Source of the DNA: an uncultured Patescibacteria group bacterium
GTDB taxonomy: Bacteria; Patescibacteriota; Minisyncoccia; Phycocordibacterales; UBA918
Direction of reading: 5' to 3'
NCBI GenBank assembly: GCA_934699595.1
Contig: CAKUWT010000001.1
Span: forward strand, 71,839-135,838
Length of the DNA stretch: 64,000 nt
Shown here: positions 27,983 through 37,316 of the stretch, in pieces
Numbering within the stretch: the first letter of the stretch is position 1
How the letters are laid out: each line of letters starts with the position of its first letter
Position numbers and translations under genes: made by a program
The notes under the pieces: generated by a model
Told to the model about the DNA's origin: nothing
What the model saw: the letters and a program-made list of their open reading frames with translations, nothing else
The model's database searches: none

Positions 27983-29356
27983 ATGTCACAAAATTGGAAC
28001 CTTCAAGATATTCGACCAACCCGAAAACGGGCTAAAAAACAAACTGATCCGGAAGAAAATATTAATAATGTAGAAATGACCTCACCAGTCAGGAAAACCG
28101 CTCGTGTTCGTAGTAGCTTAGAGGAAAACGTCTCCACCGAAGAATATGAGGAACGTCGGACCACTTTACCGCCACAACACCGTCCTACAAACAAAAACGG
28201 GCTACGTCGACGTTTAATAATCATGGTGGCCAGCTTGATTTTGATAGTAGGCGTCAGTGGCTGGTTCTTTACCAATCTCTTGGGCGGAGTACAAGTAGAT
28301 GTTTTTCCAAAAAATCGTGAAGTAACTATTAATACCAATGTCACAGCTTACCCCGAGAAGCAACTCGACTACTTAAACTACGAGATCCTCATAGAAGAGA
28401 TGACGGCTCAAAAAGAGGCGACTGCGACTGGTCAAGAAAATGTCACGACCCAAGCCTCTGGTCAAATTGAAATTAGCAAGAGCACTCCTGGAGCAGAGCG
28501 AATAGTCAAAAATACCCGTTTTCAGACAGCTGAAGGTTTAGTCTTTAAGGTAGAGGAGTCCGTCAATATTCCCGGTGCCACCACAAATGCCAACGGGGAG
28601 ATGGTACCAGGTACAATCAAAGCCAATGTCTTTGCCGAATCGGCTGGAGAAAAATACAACGTACCAAGTGGTACCACATTTAATGTTCCCGGCTTCAAGG
28701 AGGCAGGTTTAGATGAACTTTACCGAGCGGTGTCAGCTAAAAACCCTAGTGATTTTGAGGGTGGTTTTGAAGGGGCGCAATTCATTGTTGATGATGCCGA
28801 TTTAGAGAAGATTACCACCGAATTGAAAAATGAACTCACCACTAACCTCGAGAAAAAAGTTAGTGAGGCTATCCCGGTTGGTTTTATTGCTTATCCAGGT
28901 TCAGAAACAATCACCTATACCAACTTACCACCAACCGAAGCTGCTGGTAACAAAGTAATGGTCAATGAGAAAGCTGTCATGAAAGTACCTATTTTTAAAG
29001 AAGAGGACCTGGCAAGATTTCTAGCAAAAGAAACCGTGTCTGATTACGACGGTGCCCCAGTTCGTCTTGAACAAGCAAAAGAACTAGAATTCAAATACCT
29101 TGATGACGAAATTAAAACCGCTGATTTAGAAACCCTAGAATCCATTGAGTTCGCCTTGCTGGGTAAAACACAATTAGTCTGGCTTTTCAACGAAGAGGAT
29201 TTTAAAGTAGATTTAGTTGGTAAAGAAAAATCTGCCATTGCTACAGTCTCAGCCAAATACCCCGGTATTGATAAAGCGGAAGTTATTTTTCGACCCTTCT
29301 GGCGCACATCATTCCCCAAAGAACGTTCAAAAATATCTGTCAAAGAAATCTATTAG
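27983..29356 (+). CDS. single-pass (bitopic) membrane protein with a large extracytoplasmic domain (hypothetical partner of the ASKHA ATPase)
   Basis: Basic cytoplasmic N-tail, one transmembrane segment (LIIMVASLILIVGVSGWFF), then ~370 aa predicted extracytoplasmic. Preceded by TATAAT-N6-ATG. Confidence 0.5.
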   Translation: MSQNWNLQDIRPTRKRAKKQTDPEENINNVEMTSPVRKTARVRSSLEENVSTEEYEERRTTLPPQHRPTNKNGLRRRLIIMVASLILIVGVSGWFFTNLLGGVQVDVFPKNREVTINTNVTAYPEKQLDYLNYEILIEEMTAQKEATATGQENVTTQASGQIEISKSTPGAERIVKNTRFQTAEGLVFKVEESVNIPGATTNANGEMVPGTIKANVFAESAGEKYNVPSGTTFNVPGFKEAGLDELYRAVSAKNPSDFEGGFEGAQFIVDDADLEKITTELKNELTTNLEKKVSEAIPVGFIAYPGSETITYTNLPPTEAAGNKVMVNEKAVMKVPIFKEEDLARFLAKETVSDYDGAPVRLEQAKELEFKYLDDEIKTADLETLESIEFALLGKTQLVWLFNEEDFKVDLVGKEKSAIATVSAKYPGIDKAEVIFRPFWRTSFPKERSKISVKEIY

Positions 29357-29447
29357 CTAAAAAAGATGCCCGGAAAGAATTCTCAACAGTATAATTAGCT
29401 GTTTTAGTTGACTACTATGAATTCTTTTGCTAAACTGCGGCAGTCTA

Positions 29448-29681
29448 ATGGATCAAACAGAAAATACAAATAAAGATAAGGACGACTTGGTAAACGGCGT
29501 GGTTGAAGAAGCGCTTCCAAACACGCTCTTTCGTGTCAAACTCGATGGAGAGGAGGAGCCGATCATTGCTTACTTAGCCGGTCGCATGCGTCGCTTCCGT
29601 ATTAGAGTGCTGGTCGGAGACAAGGTTGGTTTAATAATCGACCCCTACGGCGGCAAGGCTCGAATCACTAAAAGATTTTAG
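29448..29681 (+). CDS. infA: translation initiation factor IF-1
   Basis: ...[47 protein letters not shown]... in an S1-like fold. The ATG at 29448 is preferred over the track's TTG at 29427. Confidence 0.9.
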   Translation: MDQTENTNKDKDDLVNGVVEEALPNTLFRVKLDGEEEPIIAYLAGRMRRFRIRVLVGDKVGLIIDPYGGKARITKRF

Positions 29682-29686
29682 ATATT

Positions 29687-29803
29687 ATGAAAGTACGATC
29701 ATCAGTTAAAAAAATTAGTCCCGACGACACTATTGTTAAGCGTCGTGGCGTTATCTACGTTATTAATAAGAAAAAACCTCGTCACAAGCAACGACAAGGT
29801 TAA
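29687..29803 (+). CDS. rpmJ: 50S ribosomal protein L36
   Basis: [38 protein letters not shown], 38 aa. Absent from the track because it is under 60 aa. Sits between infA and rpsM. Confidence 0.85.
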   Translation: MKVRSSVKKISPDDTIVKRRGVIYVINKKKPRHKQRQG

Positions 29804-29820
29804 TTTAGTTAAGTTTAAGT

Positions 29821-30198
29821 ATGCGAATTTCTGGTATTAATATTCCTGACGAAAAACACTTGGTTTACGGTCTCACCGCAGTTTATGGTGTGGGTCTCTC
29901 ACGTGCAAAACAAATTCTAACCGAGCACAAGGTTGCTTTTGATACCAAACCAACTGATCTCACTACTGAACAAGAAAATGCTATTCGAGATAGCGTAGAA
30001 TCTTTCACTATTGAGGGCGACTTACGTCGTCAGGTAACTGGTGATATTAAACGTCTGCAGGATATTAATTCCTACCGCGGTTCCCGCCATGCCAAAAAAT
30101 TACCGGCTCGCGGACAGCGCACCAGCACCAACGCTCGTACCTTAAAAGGAGCTAAGAAGACTATGGGTAGCGGTCGTCGTAAACTGGAAAAGACCTAG
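29821..30198 (+). CDS. rpsM: 30S ribosomal protein S13
   Basis: MRISGINIPDEKHLVYGLTAVYGVG. Confidence 0.95.
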   Translation: MRISGINIPDEKHLVYGLTAVYGVGLSRAKQILTEHKVAFDTKPTDLTTEQENAIRDSVESFTIEGDLRRQVTGDIKRLQDINSYRGSRHAKKLPARGQRTSTNARTLKGAKKTMGSGRRKLEKT

Positions 30199-30240
30199 TC
30201 TTAAACTAGTGATTATTATTAATTTATTTATACGAGACAT

Positions 30241-30672
30241 ATGGGTAAGAAACGTATCATAAAAAAAGGCAGTGGTTCTGATATTGCTGGTCAACCGCGT
30301 GCTTTAAGTCGCATTCCAAAACGAAAACTAGCAAGTGGAACTCTAAACGTATTAGCTACATTCAATAACACCTTGGTTACTCTCTGTGACCCAAAGGGCA
30401 ACGCTGTTATGAGTGCTTCATCTGGAGCTTTAGGTTTTAAGGGTGCTCGCAAAAGTACTCCTTTTGCCGCTGCTAAAGTAGGGGAGATTATTGGTGAAAA
30501 GGCTCAGCAAATGGGGATGAAAGAAGCTGATGTGATTATTCGAGGAGTGGGCGCTGGTCGTGAATCGGCTCTACGAGCTTTTGCCGGTAAGGGTATCACT
30601 ATTACCAAAATTACCGACAAGACTCCTATTCCATTTAACGGTACTCGGCCGCCTAAGCCACGTCGCGTTTAA
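30241..30672 (+). CDS. rpsK: 30S ribosomal protein S11
   Basis: ATFNNTLVTLCDPKGNAV...GFKGARKSTPFAA. Confidence 0.95.
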   Translation: MGKKRIIKKGSGSDIAGQPRALSRIPKRKLASGTLNVLATFNNTLVTLCDPKGNAVMSASSGALGFKGARKSTPFAAAKVGEIIGEKAQQMGMKEADVIIRGVGAGRESALRAFAGKGITITKITDKTPIPFNGTRPPKPRRV

Positions 30673-30685
30673 TCTCTAAATTATT

Positions 30686-31291
30686 ATGAAAATCGGACCA
30701 AAATTTAAAATTGCCAAAAGACTAGGAGCCCCAATTTTTGAAAAAACGCAAACACAAAAATTTGCTCTTTCTGAACAACGCAGCGCTCGCACCCAACGTC
30801 GTCGTGGGATGATGAGTGACTATAAGCGTCAGCTTTTGGAGAAGCAAAAAATGCGTTTTTCTTACGGTATTAGTGAGGAACAGCTCCGCCGTTACGTAAA
30901 AGAAGCCACCACCAAAAGTCACCAGCCAGTCACTTTATTGATGACTCGCCTTGAGTCACGACTTGATAACGTTGTGTACCGTCTCGGCTTGGCCAAAACT
31001 CGTCAGTTCGCACGACAAATGGTCTCTCATGGCCATATCGATGTGAATGGCAAGCGTCTATCTATCCCATCTCACCGTGTGCGTGAAGGTGACATCATTT
31101 CAGTGCGTGAAAGTAGTAAAAATACCCAACTATTCACTAATCTGACCGAAAATCACGAAGCTGTCAGTGTACCTAACTGGTTAAAGTTTGATTTGAAGAA
31201 ACTTTCCGGTGAGGTCGTAGGTGTTCCTAATTTTCAAGCCGGTAGCCTAATGTTTGACCCAGAACAAGTTTTGGAATTCTACAGTCGCTAG
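30686..31291 (+). CDS. rpsD: 30S ribosomal protein S4
   Basis: N-terminus MKIGPKFKIAKRLG, an S4 domain, and synteny. Confidence 0.95.
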   Translation: MKIGPKFKIAKRLGAPIFEKTQTQKFALSEQRSARTQRRRGMMSDYKRQLLEKQKMRFSYGISEEQLRRYVKEATTKSHQPVTLLMTRLESRLDNVVYRLGLAKTRQFARQMVSHGHIDVNGKRLSIPSHRVREGDIISVRESSKNTQLFTNLTENHEAVSVPNWLKFDLKKLSGEVVGVPNFQAGSLMFDPEQVLEFYSR

Positions 31292-31332
31292 GGATCATTA
31301 GTATTTATTCACTTCTTAATTTTAACTAAATT

Positions 31333-32295
31333 ATGTTAGAAACAAACATCACCCTCCCGTCAAAGCCACGTGTAGTTACCGAAAAGGAATTTCAAGGTAT
31401 TTATGAAATTGATGGCCTTTACCCAGGTTATGGGCATACTCTCGGCAACTCACTTCGTCGTATCATTCTTGCTTCTTTGCCAGGTGCTACTGCCACCCAG
31501 GTAAAAATTGAAGGTGTCGATCATGAATTTTCTACTCTCAGTGGAGTTAAGGAGGATATCATCACTATCTTGCTCAACCTAAAACGTGTTCATTTTAAGC
31601 TACACGGCAACGAGCCACTAAAGATTACTTTGAAAAAAAGCGGTGTGGGGATTGTGACCGCTGGTGATATTGATGCTCCTACTCAGGTTGAGATCATGAA
31701 CCCCAATCAGCAAATTGCTGAGTTGACAACTAAAAGCGCTTCTTTGGAAATGGAGATCACTCTTGAGCATGGACTTGGTTATGTGCCACGTGAAGTTTAC
31801 CAGCGTGAAAAAATGGAGATTGGTACCATTGCTTTAGACGCTGTCTTTACACCGATTCGCCGAGCCAACTACGAAGTAGAGAATATGCGTGTTGGTGACC
31901 GTACCGACTACAACCGCTTACGTTTGTTTATTGAAACAGACGGTACCATTACTCCACGAGAAGCTCTAGAGCAATCTATTGAAATTATGATCCATCAGCT
32001 CAAAGCTATTATCGGTTTCCGTGAGGAGGACATTTCTGTGCCTGGAGACCATTCAGTCGAGGCCGCAGTGGAGGAGGACGCCAGCCAAGATACCGAGATA
32101 TTAAAAACTCGTATCGAGTCCCTTGAACTCAGCTCTCGCACTCTACAGTCTTTGGAGGACGCTAGCATTCGTACGCTCGGTGGACTTGTGAAAAAGACAA
32201 AAGATGATATTCTAGCCATCGACGGCATTGGCCCCAAAGGATTAGCAGAAATTGTTGACCTACTAGCAGAGAAGGGGCTGTCACTTTTAGATTAA
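31333..32295 (+). CDS. rpoA: DNA-directed RNA polymerase alpha subunit
   Basis: Full-length alpha N-terminal domain plus the C-terminal helix-hairpin-helix domain. Confidence 0.95.
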   Translation: MLETNITLPSKPRVVTEKEFQGIYEIDGLYPGYGHTLGNSLRRIILASLPGATATQVKIEGVDHEFSTLSGVKEDIITILLNLKRVHFKLHGNEPLKITLKKSGVGIVTAGDIDAPTQVEIMNPNQQIAELTTKSASLEMEITLEHGLGYVPREVYQREKMEIGTIALDAVFTPIRRANYEVENMRVGDRTDYNRLRLFIETDGTITPREALEQSIEIMIHQLKAIIGFREEDISVPGDHSVEAAVEEDASQDTEILKTRIESLELSSRTLQSLEDASIRTLGGLVKKTKDDILAIDGIGPKGLAEIVDLLAEKGLSLLD

Positions 32296-32302
32296 AACTA
32301 CT

Positions 32303-32659
32303 ATGCAACACAGTAACAAAATTCGAAAATTCGGTCGAGAGAAAGACCAGCGCGAAGCTCTCTTGCGTGGTCTGGCTGTCTCTTTGATTCGTGACGACAA
32401 AATCAAAACTACTGAAGCTAAGGCCAAGGAGTTACGTCCTTACATTGAGCGTCTAATAACTCATGGCAAGAAAAACAGCTTGGCTGCTCGTCGCCTAGTA
32501 GCTTCTCGTCTCGGAGAGCCGGCTGATATCACCATCAAGAAATTGTTTGAGGAAATTGCTCCTCGCTACACCGACCGTAATGGCGGCTACACTCGCATTA
32601 TTAAAATGGGTCGCACTAACGCCGGACGCGATGAGGCGGTGATTGAGTTTGTAAAATAA
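32303..32659 (+). CDS. rplQ: 50S ribosomal protein L17
   Basis: MQHSNKIRKFGREKDQREALLRGL. Confidence 0.95.
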   Translation: MQHSNKIRKFGREKDQREALLRGLAVSLIRDDKIKTTEAKAKELRPYIERLITHGKKNSLAARRLVASRLGEPADITIKKLFEEIAPRYTDRNGGYTRIIKMGRTNAGRDEAVIEFVK

Positions 32660-32664
32660 GCCCT

Positions 32665-33027
32665 ATGAATACTTCTACAGAAACAAAAAAATACACCATT
32701 GATGCCGCTGGGCAACGCTTAGGAAAGGTTGCTACCGACGCCGCCCGGATTCTCTTGGGCAAAAACCAACCTGACTTCACCAAGCACCTGGTTGCCGACG
32801 TGGAGGTGACTATCGAAAACGCCTCTCAACTCGACATCCCAGAAAATAAAAAGAAGGAAATTTACCAGTCTTATTCTGGTTATCCAGGCGGTCGTCGCAC
32901 CGAGACACTTGATCACTTGGCTGGTCGTCTTGGCTACGCTGAGGTCGTGCGCCGCACCATTGGTGGTATGCTACCAAACAATAAGCTCAAGAAACCGATG
33001 TTGAAGAATTTAATTATTAACGAATAG
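32665..33027 (+). CDS. rplM: 50S ribosomal protein L13
   Basis: KKYTIDAAGQRLGKVATDAARILLGKNQPDFTKH. Confidence 0.95.
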   Translation: MNTSTETKKYTIDAAGQRLGKVATDAARILLGKNQPDFTKHLVADVEVTIENASQLDIPENKKKEIYQSYSGYPGGRRTETLDHLAGRLGYAEVVRRTIGGMLPNNKLKKPMLKNLIINE

Positions 33028-33031
33028 TCCT

Positions 33032-33436
33032 ATGGCCACAAACACTACTTACATTGAGGGTCTTGGTCGACGTAAAACAGCTATTGCGCGCGTGCGCTTG
33101 ACTCGTGCAGACAAGACTACTATCCAAGTTAATACTAAAACTCTGGAAGAGTATTTTCCTAATTTGGCTGAACAAAAAGATGTCCAGTCAGTCCTAGCTA
33201 CTGAGGATGCTGGCATCGAAAACTACACCATTACCGCTAAGGTACTTGGTGGCGGACTTTCTTCTCAGGCTGAAGCCATTCGTCTAGGTATTGCCCGCGC
33301 TTTGGTAAAAGAAAAACCGGAGCGTCGTACACTGTTGAAGAAAGCAGGTTACTTGAAACGTGATCCTCGTCATGTCGAGCGCAAGAAGTTCGGTCTTCTC
33401 AAAGCTCGCAAGCGCCCAGCTTGGAGTAAGCGTTAG
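33032..33436 (+). CDS. rpsI: 30S ribosomal protein S9
   Basis: GLGRRKTAIARVRL ... C-terminal KRPAWSKR. Confidence 0.95.
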   Translation: MATNTTYIEGLGRRKTAIARVRLTRADKTTIQVNTKTLEEYFPNLAEQKDVQSVLATEDAGIENYTITAKVLGGGLSSQAEAIRLGIARALVKEKPERRTLLKKAGYLKRDPRHVERKKFGLLKARKRPAWSKR

Positions 33437-33452
33437 TCGCTCAACCTACAAA

Positions 33453-33489
33453 CAACCTCACATCCTAGGATACGAGGTTGTTTTGTTTT
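33453..33489 (+). terminator. rho-independent terminator after rpsI
   Basis: caacctc ... gaggttg followed by ttttgtttt. Confidence 0.7.
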
Positions 33490-33531
33490 AAAGAAAGTCT
33501 GCTGGCTGTCGACAGGCTGTTTTAATCACCT

Positions 33532-33819
33532 ATGCTTATTATAGACCAGTTTATGGAGAAGAAAATGACAAACAATGAGACCACACCGAACATTCCTATC
33601 GGTCCATATCAACACAGTAAGACAGGTAATTATTACGAAGTGATTGGCACTGCCTTACATACCGAGACTAAAGAGCTGTTGGTAATTTACCGACCAATCT
33701 ATGATTGCGAGTATCAACTTTTTGCTCGACCAGTGAGAATGTTTTTTGAACTGGTAGAAATTAACGGGGTAGCGGTGCCTCGGTTTGTTTCTTTAGATCA
33801 AAAATCAGTCGACACTTAG
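33532..33819 (+). CDS. DUF1653-family small protein
   Basis: YQHSKTGNYYEVIGTALHTETKELLVIYRP matches the DUF1653 signature. The true start is probably MTNNE at ~33565. Confidence 0.6.
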   Translation: MLIIDQFMEKKMTNNETTPNIPIGPYQHSKTGNYYEVIGTALHTETKELLVIYRPIYDCEYQLFARPVRMFFELVEINGVAVPRFVSLDQKSVDT

Positions 33820-34003
33820 GTTTTTCGAAATTCACAACTATAAAGATGGGGTACAGGGTACCACATCTTTTACCTTCTATAACTTCTGTACTTTACTGTC
33901 TACATTTTTATCAAACAGTCATAACATTCAAGTGTAGACAAAACTGTTATTTTATGATACCTTCCAATTTGAAATAGTCCCTTGAACAAATGAGGAGAAC
34001 GAG

Positions 34004-34453
34004 ATGTCCAACAGAAACAAAGCTGGTCTTGACAGCGACGTCACAAATGCCGGCCAGGAAAGCCTGCGGCTGCAACAGCTACTGGAGAAACAGGAGGAGT
34101 TCCATGGCACTTTCCTGACAGACTGCTTTCCAAATTGCACCCCAGACAATCCGTGCCCGACCTGCCGAGCCATGAGTCTTCTCAAGAAGACGGAGGTACT
34201 TCATCAGGTAGTCCTGCTGTCGAATGAGTACGATCAGGGGCCTGGTATTGACTGGCGCAGCTATCCAATAAGAAAGGTGGGTCTTAGCCGCAGAACTGTC
34301 AATTGTTTGCGCTATGATGGAATTCATACTTTAGGACAGCTATGCAAACGAACCGAGAGACAGCTCATGGCGAGGCCTAATTTCGGCCTCAAATCCCTAA
34401 ACGAGATTAAAGAATTCCTCACCTCCATCGGCAAACAACTACGTTCCGAATAA
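34004..34453 (+). CDS. stand-alone RNA polymerase alpha-CTD-like helix-hairpin-helix protein with an N-terminal 4-Cys cluster; GC-rich
   Basis: The C-terminal half IRKVGLSRRTVNCLRYDGIHTLGQLCKRTERQLMARPNFGLKSLNEIKEFL resembles the RpoA C-terminal domain (compare rpoA in this window). The N-terminus has DCFPNC...CPTC. Local GC is about 55%. Confidence 0.6.
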   Translation: MSNRNKAGLDSDVTNAGQESLRLQQLLEKQEEFHGTFLTDCFPNCTPDNPCPTCRAMSLLKKTEVLHQVVLLSNEYDQGPGIDWRSYPIRKVGLSRRTVNCLRYDGIHTLGQLCKRTERQLMARPNFGLKSLNEIKEFLTSIGKQLRSE

Positions 34454-34473
34454 AGACATGTTTCAAGATCCAC

Positions 34474-34506
34474 CCACCCCTTCAATGATGATTGGGGTGG
34501 TTTTTT
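34474..34506 (+). terminator. rho-independent terminator
   Basis: ccacccc ... ggggtgg followed by ttttttattt. Confidence 0.7.
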
Positions 34507-34614
34507 ATTTCTAGAAAGATAGGAGGAGTGGACGAGATGAACACAGGATGAGGCAAAGCCCAATCTCATGTTCAGGTTCATATCCCACCCGCACAACTCT
34601 GTAGAACCTCCATT

Positions 34615-34643
34615 TTGACACCGGCCTTATTTGACGTTATAAT
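34615..34643 (+). promoter_or_regulatory. perfect-consensus sigma-70 promoter TTGACA-N17-TATAAT, placed for a leaderless grpE transcript
   Basis: TTGACA at 34615-34620, a 17-bp spacer, TATAAT at 34638-34643, and only 6 nt (agcgtc) before the grpE ATG at 34650. No SD is possible. Confidence 0.65.
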
Positions 34644-34649
34644 AGCGTC

Positions 34650-35273
34650 ATGGTGAACAAGCAAGATAAGCAGCCAATTCAGGATGAACCCGAACTAGTC
34701 ACCAACGAGATTGATAATACTGATACTGAATTTGAGCTTGTAGAAGTTGAAGATAATTTAGCCGTTAAGATTAAGAAGTTACAAACGAAGCTTAGGAAAG
34801 CCGAGCAGGAGAAGCAACAATTACAAAACGATTTACAGCGCGAACGAGCCGATTTTCTGAATGCCAAACGTCGTCTGTCTGAGGAGCAAGTTAATGCTGG
34901 AAAAAAATTGACTCGCAAACATTTAGAGAATCTTCTACCTTTGGCGGACAGTTTTACCATGGCCATGGCCGACAAAACTGCTTGGGAAAAAGCCGATGCT
35001 TCCTGGCGACAAGGGGTAGAAGGAATCTACTCGCAACTAAAGTCACTCCTAGCCGGGTATCAAGTTACTAGCGTGGAGCCACTCGGTGAAGAATTTGATC
35101 CCACCCTTCACGACGCCGTAGGAAATATTCCTACCAACGAAGCAGATAAGCACCATAAAGTCCTGCAAGTTTTACAACTTGGGTATAAAATTGATGAAGG
35201 TGGTCAGGAAGAGGTGCTACGACCGGCTCGGGTGCTGGTGGGTGAGTACGTGGCAGACACGACTAAAGAATAA
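34650..35273 (+). CDS. grpE: nucleotide exchange factor GrpE
   Basis: N-terminal coiled-coil, a GrpE C-terminal beta domain, and grpE-dnaK-dnaJ order. Confidence 0.9.
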   Translation: MVNKQDKQPIQDEPELVTNEIDNTDTEFELVEVEDNLAVKIKKLQTKLRKAEQEKQQLQNDLQRERADFLNAKRRLSEEQVNAGKKLTRKHLENLLPLADSFTMAMADKTAWEKADASWRQGVEGIYSQLKSLLAGYQVTSVEPLGEEFDPTLHDAVGNIPTNEADKHHKVLQVLQLGYKIDEGGQEEVLRPARVLVGEYVADTTKE

Positions 35274-35335
35274 ACTGAACCTAAGGGTTTGGCTGATAAA
35301 CTTAAAAACTTATTAAGAAATAACATTATAAAATT

Positions 35336-37261
35336 ATGGCAAAAATTTTAGGTATTGATTTAGGGACTACTAACTCCGCCATGGCGATTATTGAAGCGGG
35401 CGAGCCGGTCATTATTGAAAACAGTGAAGGAGCTCGCACCACTCCATCGATCGTGGCTATTTCTAAAACTGGCGAGCGCCTAGTGGGGCAAATCGCCAAG
35501 CGTCAAGCGGTCACTAACCCAACCAACACTATTTACGGTATTAAGCGCTTTATGGGTCACACCTTTGAAGACAAGGCCGTGCAGAAAGATAAAGAAGTGG
35601 TGCCATTCGAAGTAAAAAAAGGAAGTGAGGGGGGTGTAGCTGTCCAGATGGGCGACAAGGATTATCGTCCAGAGGAAGTGTCCGCTATGATTCTCGCCAA
35701 ACTAAAAGCGGATGCAGAAGCCAAAACTGGTGAGAAAATTACTGAAGCCGTGATTACAGTACCGGCTTACTTTAATGACACCCAGAGAAAAGCCACTCAA
35801 GACGCAGGTAAGATTGCCGGTCTTGAAGTGAGGCGCATCATCAACGAGCCTACTGCTGCAGCGCTAGCTTACGGATTTAATAAAAAGAAGGACGAAAAAA
35901 TCGTTGTTTATGACTTTGGTGGTGGAACTTTCGACGTCACTGTCTTGGAAGTAGGAGATGATGTGGTAGAGGTACAATCTACCGACGGTGACGCTCACAT
36001 GGGCGGTCGGGATATTGATCAGGGAGTGGTACGTTACTTAATTGACACTTTCAAGAAAGAAGAAGGTGTTGACCTTAGTAAAGATAAACTCGCACTACAA
36101 CGTCTAGACGAGGCCGCTGAGAAAGCCAAATTGGAACTTTCTAGTACTACTGAAACTGAAATCAATATTCCTTTTATCACTTCAACTGCAGACGGACCAA
36201 AACACATGATGATCAAACTCACTCGAGCCAAGCTTGAAGAGATTGCTCATGAATATATCGATCGCTCCATCGAGATCACTAAGCGTGCCCTAGAAGCTTC
36301 CAACTTTAAGAAAGAAGAGATTGACGAAATTATTCTCGTAGGAGGACAAACCCGCATGCCAGCAGTACAACAAGCTGCTAAAGAATTGTTCGGTAAGGAG
36401 CCGAACAAGAGCATTAATCCAGACGAAGTAGTAGCACTTGGTGCTGCTATTCAGGCCGGTATTTTCCAGGGCGACGTACAAGACATTACCCTTGTAGACG
36501 TTATCCCACTTTCACTAGCAATTGAGACCATGGGTGGTGTCGCTACTAAACTGATCGAGAAAAATACCCATATTCCTACACAAAAATCACAAATTTTCTC
36601 AACAGCAGCAGATAACCAAACCTCGACTGAGATTCACATTACTCAAGGCGAGCGCCCAATGTCCACCGACAACAAGTCCTTAGGACGCTTTGTTCTAGAC
36701 GGTATTCCACCAGCACCGCGTGGCGTGCCGCAAATTGAAGTTACCTTTGACGTCGACAGTAACGGTGTCTTAAATGTCACCGCCAAGGACAAATCTACTG
36801 GTAAAGAGCAATCTATCCGTATTGAGGCCAGCTCTGGACTAACTGAAGAAGATATTGAACGAATGCAAAAAGATGCGGAGGAACATGCTGGCGACGACGC
36901 TAAAAAGAAAGAACTGGTTGATGCTCGCAACACCGCCGAACAGATGATCTATACTGCTGAGAAGTCTCTCAAAGACTACGGCGACAAAGTGTCTGAAGAC
37001 ATTAGGAAAGAAGTGGCTGATAAGGTCACGGCTCTCAATGAGGTGCGAGAAAAAGATGACTTAGAAACTATCAAGACAGCTACCAACAACCTGAGTGAGG
37101 CCATGCAAAAGATTGGCGAAGCTATGGCTGCCGCTAGCCAAACTGAGGGTGAGGAGGCAGCTGCAGAGACAAAAGGACCAGGGGACGAAGAAAACGTCCG
37201 CGATGCGGAAGTAACCGAAGACCAAGCTGAGGAGAAAGAAGACGACAAGAAAGCTAAGTAA
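35336..37261 (+). CDS. dnaK: molecular chaperone DnaK (Hsp70)
   Basis: [17 protein letters not shown], and an EEVD-like acidic C-terminus. Confidence 0.97.
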   Translation: MAKILGIDLGTTNSAMAIIEAGEPVIIENSEGARTTPSIVAISKTGERLVGQIAKRQAVTNPTNTIYGIKRFMGHTFEDKAVQKDKEVVPFEVKKGSEGGVAVQMGDKDYRPEEVSAMILAKLKADAEAKTGEKITEAVITVPAYFNDTQRKATQDAGKIAGLEVRRIINEPTAAALAYGFNKKKDEKIVVYDFGGGTFDVTVLEVGDDVVEVQSTDGDAHMGGRDIDQGVVRYLIDTFKKEEGVDLSKDKLALQRLDEAAEKAKLELSSTTETEINIPFITSTADGPKHMMIKLTRAKLEEIAHEYIDRSIEITKRALEASNFKKEEIDEIILVGGQTRMPAVQQAAKELFGKEPNKSINPDEVVALGAAIQAGIFQGDVQDITLVDVIPLSLAIETMGGVATKLIEKNTHIPTQKSQIFSTAADNQTSTEIHITQGERPMSTDNKSLGRFVLDGIPPAPRGVPQIEVTFDVDSNGVLNVTAKDKSTGKEQSIRIEASSGLTEEDIERMQKDAEEHAGDDAKKKELVDARNTAEQMIYTAEKSLKDYGDKVSEDIRKEVADKVTALNEVREKDDLETIKTATNNLSEAMQKIGEAMAAASQTEGEEAAAETKGPGDEENVRDAEVTEDQAEEKEDDKKAK

Positions 37262-37316
37262 TTTTGAGTGACTGGCAAGTTAATTTCTGTCACGCATCTC
37301 AAAACTAATTAAAATT

